Assembly (NCBI RefSeq): GCF_000091665.1
Contig: NC_000909.1
Span: forward strand, 1,279,460-1,311,459
DNA: 32,000 nt
Direction of reading: 5' to 3'
Source of the DNA: Methanocaldococcus jannaschii DSM 2661
GTDB lineage: Archaea; AGJL01; Methanococci; Methanococcales; Methanocaldococcaceae
The position numbers and the translations under genes were made by a program. Shown in pieces: positions 27,265-32,000 of the stretch. Every line of letters starts with the position of its first letter. Position 1 is the first letter of the stretch. The notes under the pieces are model-generated. The model searched no databases, had not been told where the DNA came from, and was given only the letters and a program-made list of their open reading frames with translations.

Positions 27265-27834
27265 ATGAACGTAACATTCGATGGAATATACAACGAAATT
27301 ATTGAAAATATGCATCACTTTGCATCTGAAGAGAAGGATTTTTCTAAATTGACACAATATAAGGACTTAATTAGTAAGACAATAGACGAAGTGGTTGAAG
27401 AGGTATTTAATGATATCTTCTCATATGAAAAAACAAAGACATTATTTGATGAGAGTAAAAGAAAGGAACTTGAGGAAGATTTTAAAAATTGGATAAAGGG
27501 TTTATTTGAAATATCCAATGATAGTGATTTAAATGAATTTTATAAAGAAATTGTAAAAAGAGGAATTAAATACGTAGAGAAAGATTTCCTACCAGAGTAT
27601 TTAACTGCAATAATTATTAAAATTGAAGACAGATTGAAAAATAAATTAAAAGAGGAATTAAAAGAAGATGCCCAGGAGATTGTTGATATTTTAGACGATT
27701 TATTGAAGAGGGTTATATTGTTAAATGTTGCTGCATACATGAACTTTGAGAGCAAGGTTTTAGATTATATTGGGATAAACCAAAACCTAAAAAAGAATGC
27801 CGTTAAATTGGGAATAAAAAAGATGGGATTATAA
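27265..27834 (+). CDS. Stand-alone globin-coupled-sensor-like (protoglobin/sensor globin fold) protein lacking the proximal histidine
   Basis: GAGGAGGGGG RBS. The segment IDEVVEEVFNDIFSYEKTKTLF...FKNWIKGLFE...EFYKEIVKRGIKYVEKDFLPEYLTAIIIKI aligns by eye with the HemAT-type sensor globin core (..FY..L.......I......L......H....F.G......R..IA.IH.RIGL.P.WY.), with Tyr at the His position. Confidence 0.4.
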   Translation: MNVTFDGIYNEIIENMHHFASEEKDFSKLTQYKDLISKTIDEVVEEVFNDIFSYEKTKTLFDESKRKELEEDFKNWIKGLFEISNDSDLNEFYKEIVKRGIKYVEKDFLPEYLTAIIIKIEDRLKNKLKEELKEDAQEIVDILDDLLKRVILLNVAAYMNFESKVLDYIGINQNLKKNAVKLGIKKMGL

Positions 27835-28566
27835 CTTTTTCTTTTTCTTTTTAACAAGATTTTCCAAATATTTTAAGTTTTCTTCAGTTCCAAATGCATA
27901 TATTACATCACCAGGTTTTAGAATAAACTCTGGATAAGGATTTATACAAAACTCCTTTTCTCTTCGAATACCTAAGATTGTAGCCCCAGTTTTTCCTCTA
28001 ATATTCGCATCTTTTAAACTTTTATATGCTAATTCAGAATCTTTTTCAATGACAAACTTTCTCAACTCAATATCTTCCTCATATTCATCTTTAGCTATCT
28101 TAATAAATGTGCTCAAAAAGTCCAAAATCCCTGGTCTAACAGAGACCTCAGCCATTCTTAATCCGCCAATTAAATACGGAGACACTACTCTATTAGCCCC
28201 AGCTATTTTTAATTTTCTTATGGCTTCCTTCTCATCTGCTTTAGCAGTAATTAAAATGTTTGGATTTAATTCTCTTGCTGTTAAGGTTAAAAACACATTA
28301 TCTGCATCAGAAGGAAGAGTAGCAATTAATCCCTTTGCCTTATCAATTTTTGCTTTTTTCAATACTTCCTCCTTTTTAGCATCCCCCACAATGTATAAAA
28401 ACTTATCTGGGTATTTTTCATACTCTTCCTTTAGGACATCTTCATTAATATCTATAGCAATAAATGGGATATTCTCTTCAATAAACTTCTCCCCCACAAC
28501 CTTCCCTAATCTTCCATATCCACAGATAATATAATGGTCTTTTAAAGTTTTAATCTTATTTTTCAT
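27829..28566 (-). CDS. Possible internally initiated soluble RCK-domain isoform of the K+ channel gene (Met99 start)
   Basis: The in-frame ATG at 28566 (..RLKK-M-KNKIKTLKDHYIICGYG) is preceded by GAGGT (28579-28575) with an 8-nt spacer, exactly at the TM/RCK boundary. Confidence 0.4.
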   Translation of the reverse strand: MKNKIKTLKDHYIICGYGRLGKVVGEKFIEENIPFIAIDINEDVLKEEYEKYPDKFLYIVGDAKKEEVLKKAKIDKAKGLIATLPSDADNVFLTLTARELNPNILITAKADEKEAIRKLKIAGANRVVSPYLIGGLRMAEVSVRPGILDFLSTFIKIAKDEYEEDIELRKFVIEKDSELAYKSLKDANIRGKTGATILGIRREKEFCINPYPEFILKPGDVIYAFGTEENLKYLENLVKKKKKKL

Positions 28567-28860
28567 CTTTTTCAACCTCACAAACTCTTCAAACTTCCCC
28601 TCAACAATGAACTCCGCTATTAAGCTGAAGAGATACATCACTATTCCCACACCAACACATAGGTAAACTACAGTTAATGTCCTCCCCAAAAATGTTTTTG
28701 GAGTAAAATCTCCATAACCTGTGGTTGTTATTGTAATAACACTGAAATATAGAGCTGTGAAATAATCAACCCCCTCAATTATGCTTATTAAATAGGCATA
28801 AGTTAAAATTAATGTTATTGAGAGAACTGCAACAATAACTAACTTCTTTGACGTCTCCAT
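27829..28860 (-). CDS. 2-TM K+ channel with C-terminal RCK/TrkA-N domain (MthK-type)
   Basis: Two TM helices flank the pore helix and the selectivity filter TTTGYGDF. The RCK Rossmann start is HYIICGYGRLG. GTGAAACC precedes the ATG. Confidence 0.9.
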   Translation of the reverse strand: METSKKLVIVAVLSITLILTYAYLISIIEGVDYFTALYFSVITITTTGYGDFTPKTFLGRTLTVVYLCVGVGIVMYLFSLIAEFIVEGKFEEFVRLKKMKNKIKTLKDHYIICGYGRLGKVVGEKFIEENIPFIAIDINEDVLKEEYEKYPDKFLYIVGDAKKEEVLKKAKIDKAKGLIATLPSDADNVFLTLTARELNPNILITAKADEKEAIRKLKIAGANRVVSPYLIGGLRMAEVSVRPGILDFLSTFIKIAKDEYEEDIELRKFVIEKDSELAYKSLKDANIRGKTGATILGIRREKEFCINPYPEFILKPGDVIYAFGTEENLKYLENLVKKKKKKL

Positions 28861-28924
28861 GGTTTCACATGATAATCTTTTAATTATTAATTTTTGGTTT
28901 TAAGGATTAAAAAAGATGGTTCTA

Positions 28925-29044
28925 CTACTCCTTAGCCAAATACTTTTTATCAAACTTAAAAGCCCAAATATAGAACATAATAGTAATAGCAAAAATAAAT
29001 ACTGCTAATCCAATAAAGCCGATGTAAAAGTTGTTTATCTCCAT
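28925..29044 (-). CDS. Unlisted small ORF, 39-aa single-TM peptide
   Basis: My hand translation is MEINNFYIGFIGLAVFIFAITIMFYIWAFKFDKKYLAKE*. A G6 tract lies 10 nt upstream of the ATG. It is on the same strand as, and 64 nt upstream of, the K+ channel gene. It falls below the ORF-track size cutoff. Confidence 0.35.
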   Translation of the reverse strand: MEINNFYIGFIGLAVFIFAITIMFYIWAFKFDKKYLAKE

Positions 29045-29180
29045 AACTACCAGCCCCCCTATTTTGCCATATTTTATAGATAACAACTAATAGGATATAA
29101 CCTTTTTGCTGTATTTACAAAACCTAATGGTTGTTAGTTGGATAAAAAGCTTCATGATGTTCTACAACTGGATGAAATCG

Positions 29181-29639
29181 CTAACTTGACAACTCCATTT
29201 CATAAAAATACTTGCAATTAAAAAAAACAACAACTGGGATAAAAAACACTAAAGCAACTGTTATTGGAGAGGCAATATTATGCTCATCCACATATTCGAT
29301 AATTTTTAAAAGTTCAAGAAATATGGCTATTGCAGACATATTTCCCATGAATTTCTTTTCATAATTTGATAATGGGACTCTTTTAAGGAATAAGAATCTT
29401 AATAATAAATATATCAATATAATAAATATCCAGACTGATGCAATTGGATGAATTATCTCAATCAAAAAACTAAAATTTTTCATAATCAACCAATTTATGA
29501 GAAAGGCAAGAATCACACTTAAAATACTAAAAATCATTTTTAGTCTATTCTCTTTAAATCTTGGAAAATAATCCATCAATTTTAATCCAGTAAGCTTTAT
29601 GAATATCAAATAAAATCCAAAAGCAAACACTACTCCCAA
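29181..29639 (-). CDS. Hypothetical integral membrane protein (about 5 TM)
   Basis: 152-aa hydrophobic ORF. The track start is TTG and the first ATG is at 29579, so the start is uncertain. Confidence 0.5.
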   Translation of the reverse strand: MGVVFAFGFYLIFIKLTGLKLMDYFPRFKENRLKMIFSILSVILAFLINWLIMKNFSFLIEIIHPIASVWIFIILIYLLLRFLFLKRVPLSNYEKKFMGNMSAIAIFLELLKIIEYVDEHNIASPITVALVFFIPVVVFFNCKYFYEMELSS

Positions 29640-29696
29640 AAATAATAAAATTAAGATAAAATTAAGATAAATGACTCCATCCTCTCCCTTAAAATT

Positions 29697-30425
29697 TTAT
29701 CTAAGCTTCAATACCTTATCTGGATATACAATTATTCCCTCATTGGTTATGTCAAATGGATGCCTCTTTAATGAATGGCTTGTTCCCCTCATCTTCCATA
29801 CGATTAAACTCCTCTTCAACTCTCCATCAATTTCATCCAAATCTAATCTTATAATCCCATCAACTGCATGCTCAACTCCTGGTCCTCCAAATCCTCTTTC
29901 TCCAACGGATATTTGAGAAGTGAAGATAGCAGTACATCCTAAACCAGAGATGACTCTTTTTAATAAAAAGACAGTTCTTCTTGCCAGCATTGGCTTGTTT
30001 ATGTATAGGGTAGTGACTGAATCAATTCCTATCCTCTTAGCTCCAATATCATTTATAGCAGTTTTTAAAACGTCTATTAACTCTCTCTCATCATTTGGGT
30101 CATTTACAACGTATTTTTCTCTTTTTGCAGCACTTCCTATTCCGTATGTAAAGGCATCGATTATAGCAAATTTTCCCTCTTCCTCTAACTTTCTAATATC
30201 CCATCCAAACTGTCTCATATTCTCTCTAATTTGAACAGGATGTTCCTCCAAAGCTACTAAAATACTTGGTTCATTGTAATCAACAACCCCCTTGTATAAA
30301 AATTGCTGACAGAATATGGATTTTCCAGTTCCAGGCCCTCCAGATAATAGAACAACATTCCTTTCAGGTATTCCACCGTGTAAGATTTCATCCATCCCAG
30401 GAATTCCAGTTTTTACTCTTTTCAT
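29697..30425 (-). CDS. KaiC-like / RecA-superfamily single-domain ATPase
   Basis: [31 protein letters not shown] (Walker A), FAIIDAF / IGIDSV (Walker B region), and a KaiC/RadA-like C-terminus [20 protein letters not shown]. Confidence 0.85.
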   Translation of the reverse strand: MKRVKTGIPGMDEILHGGIPERNVVLLSGGPGTGKSIFCQQFLYKGVVDYNEPSILVALEEHPVQIRENMRQFGWDIRKLEEEGKFAIIDAFTYGIGSAAKREKYVVNDPNDERELIDVLKTAINDIGAKRIGIDSVTTLYINKPMLARRTVFLLKRVISGLGCTAIFTSQISVGERGFGGPGVEHAVDGIIRLDLDEIDGELKRSLIVWKMRGTSHSLKRHPFDITNEGIIVYPDKVLKLR

Positions 30426-30485
30426 GTTTTCACCTTTAGTAGTTATTGTTTTTAATTATTTTTAATTATTAATTAAGTAAGGAAG

Positions 30486-30785
30486 CTAATCTCTCTCACT
30501 AAATGACTTCATTTCCAATTTCTTTTCAGGGATGTCATCTAAGAACATTAATGAACCCTGTACCTCTACAGCACATATCTTTGATGGGTCAATAATGGTA
30601 AATGACTTATTATCCATATTCCAAATTATTATTGGGTCTTTTTTTCCAGTCCATAGGTATTTTAATATGCCATTTTTTAAGTGTGTAACTGCGTCAAAAT
30701 CATATTCACCTTCTATTGCATTACCTTCGAAATAGATTTTTACATACAATTTGTCTATTTTCCTTCTTGGCATACTCCCCCACAT
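30486..30785 (-). CDS. Hypothetical small protein (95-99 aa) upstream of the KaiC-like ATPase
   Basis: The ORF has two candidate ATGs (30785; 30773 preceded by GGGGGAG). It appears beta-rich, and I recognise no family. Confidence 0.45.
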   Translation of the reverse strand: MWGSMPRRKIDKLYVKIYFEGNAIEGEYDFDAVTHLKNGILKYLWTGKKDPIIIWNMDNKSFTIIDPSKICAVEVQGSLMFLDDIPEKKLEMKSFSERD

Positions 30786-30890
30786 AATTAAATTTGATTT
30801 TATCTAACAAAATAATAATTTATTAATTAGCCATATTTATAAATATCCTATTCAATATTGCTACGGTGATACACTTTAACATGTGAGAAT

Positions 30891-31769
30891 ATGAGAGCTT
30901 ATCCCATCAAAACAAGATACATAAAAAGGGGAGAAAATTTTATCCCAATTGTTGTTGAAGCAATAAAAAATAGTGGAATTAAATTAGAGGATGGAGATTT
31001 TGTAGTATTAAGTGAAAAGATGGTTTCAACTGCTGAGGGAAATTTTATTGATGAGAGTAAATTTAAACCAGGAGTTTTAGCTTATCTCTGCTATTATTGG
31101 TCTAAATATCTTTGGGGCTATGTGCTTGGAAAGTTATTGAAAGTTAAAGAAGATAAAATAAAAAATTTGAGAAGAATGCCAAAGGAAGAGACTTTAAAGC
31201 ATAAACAGACAATTATAGAAATAGTTGGATTAAGATATGCCTTAAAACCTTATGCTGAAGGAGGAGTTGATTTAACAAACGTCCCTGGGACTTATGCCTG
31301 TCCTCTCCCAAAAAATCCAAAAAAATGGGCTGAGGAGTTATATAAAGAGATAAAAAAAGAATTAGGTGTTGATGTTGTTGTTATGGTTGCCGATACTGAT
31401 GCTACTTATAGAGTTTTGAATTTCTATTTTACCGCTCTTCCCTATGCAATTGATGGAATAATAAGTGGTATTGGAGTTTTTGGTTTCATTCTTGGAAGGT
31501 TGGCAGATGTTTTAAAGATTGGTGGATTTGCTGGATGCACACCATTAGCAATAGCTGGAAATGAGGTATATAAAAAGTATTCTATTGGTGAGCTTACAAG
31601 GATAGCTTTTATTTGTGATAGAGTGCATAAAACAATAAAAAACATTAATGAAGTTTTAGAAAAATACAACACCTATGTTATAACTGAAGAGATTTTGGAA
31701 AAATTGGAGCATACTCCAGTAGTAGTTGTTAAAATTAAGGAAGAGTATAAACCAGAATCTCAAAGATAA
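30891..31769 (+). CDS. CofE (F420-0:gamma-glutamyl ligase) family paralog with hydrophobic insertions
   Basis: PIKTRYIKRGENF...LEDGDFVVLSEKMVSTAEGNF and EGGVDLTNVPGTYACPLPKNP..WAEELYKEIKKELGVDVVVMVADTD parallel the CofE blocks (..GD..v..qKivSKAEGr.., aGiD.SNv..g...LLP.dPd.SA..ir..i......V.viitDT). Confidence 0.55.
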   Translation: MRAYPIKTRYIKRGENFIPIVVEAIKNSGIKLEDGDFVVLSEKMVSTAEGNFIDESKFKPGVLAYLCYYWSKYLWGYVLGKLLKVKEDKIKNLRRMPKEETLKHKQTIIEIVGLRYALKPYAEGGVDLTNVPGTYACPLPKNPKKWAEELYKEIKKELGVDVVVMVADTDATYRVLNFYFTALPYAIDGIISGIGVFGFILGRLADVLKIGGFAGCTPLAIAGNEVYKKYSIGELTRIAFICDRVHKTIKNINEVLEKYNTYVITEEILEKLEHTPVVVVKIKEEYKPESQR

Positions 31770-31838
31770 TTTTTAAAATAATTATTATTGCTGTTTTAAG
31801 CATTTTCTCATAACTCATTAGATATTTTCTGAAATACT

Positions 31839-32000
31839 TTACCATCCAAGCAATGCAAATATAAAGCCAATAACACCAATTAGTGTTGCCACATAGGAGA
31901 TAGGATATATCTGTTTAAATAAAAGTACTGGCGAAAATGCCCTAACAAATGTGGCCAATATAGGGAATATCAAAGCTATAGCAAAGTTTTCAACTATTGT
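31839..32000 (-). CDS. 3' end of a membrane protein gene continuing beyond the window
   Basis: The minus-strand frame is open from the window edge to TAA at 31839-31841. The translation is TIVENFAIALIFPILATFVRAFSPVLLFKQIYPISYVATLIGVIGFIFALLGW*. Confidence 0.4.
   Translation of the reverse strand, partial: TIVENFAIALIFPILATFVRAFSPVLLFKQIYPISYVATLIGVIGFIFALLGW

Noticed and set aside
27829-27834. The 6-nt palindrome TTATAA contains the stop codons of both convergent genes (globin-like on plus, K+ channel on minus).
   Set aside because: The overlap is real, but it is most simply a compact-genome coincidence and I see no evidence of function.
28049-28534. Long antisense ORFs inside recognised genes, e.g. 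28049..28534(+), 9177..9590(+), 10799..11083(+), 17249..17512(+), 23865..24248(+), 29920..30234(+), 14406..14738(-), 887..1117(-).
   Set aside because: Each lies fully within a confidently identified gene on the opposite strand. Their translations are low-complexity (S/L/I/F-rich) and lack RBS or family motifs.
29076-29140. Imperfect inverted repeat ataacaactaatagg / cctaatggttgttag in the spacer upstream of the 39-aa ORF.
   Set aside because: Only about 12 of 15 positions pair, the sequence is AT-rich, and there is no supporting context.
29647-29668. Tandem 11-nt repeat aaaattaagat x2 between the KaiC-like gene and the membrane gene, and tandem 10-nt tttaattatt x2 at 30451-30470.
   Set aside because: There are only two copies of AT-only units in promoter or spacer DNA. 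This is consistent with slippage in AT-rich sequence, and they are neither CRISPR-like nor long enough to call a repeat family.

Overview
The window is AT-rich, densely packed archaeal DNA. It looks like a hydrogenotrophic methanogen of the Methanocaldococcus type, and the gene order matches my memory of the M. jannaschii MJ1329-MJ1361 region, which I could not verify here. I support about 35 protein genes and found no tRNA, rRNA, CRISPR array or IS element.

Content from left to right:
- Housekeeping genes: map, a PgpA-like phosphatase, an Obg/YchF-type GTPase and galU.
- A decayed sugar-nucleotide island with a frameshifted gmhA, a heavily eroded heptose-7-P kinase and a frameshifted carbohydrate-kinase-like gene.
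- HmdII followed by a small Ras-like GTPase and a Roadblock/LC7 protein.
- A large nitrogen block: P-II plus Amt, a TPR protein, glnA, queC, an FrhB-like protein, a three-gene split glutamate synthase, and nadE.
- A selenocysteine-containing formate dehydrogenase alpha subunit.
- A group of poorly characterised genes: a membrane protein, a 571-aa protein with about seven wHTH-like repeats, a globin-sensor-like protein without the proximal His, a 2TM/RCK K+ channel, a KaiC-like ATPase with small partners, and a CofE paralog.

Most notable sequence-level observations:
1. The fdhA UGA codon is served by a canonical archaeal SECIS (GAA/A internal loop) in the 5' UTR. A perfect 16-nt segment next to that SECIS is complementary to coding sequence starting 25 nt downstream of the UGA, so it could act as a long-range tether.
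2. Three perfect GGAA-N6-TTCC (NrpR-type) operators sit just downstream of TATA boxes for glnA, P-II/amt and, unexpectedly, nadE.
3. A GC-rich structured island and stop-codon-embedding hairpins occupy the intercistronic spacers of the glutamate synthase operon, next to a degenerate duplicate of a gene's 3' end.
4. The K+ channel gene has an internal SD+AUG at the TM/RCK boundary.
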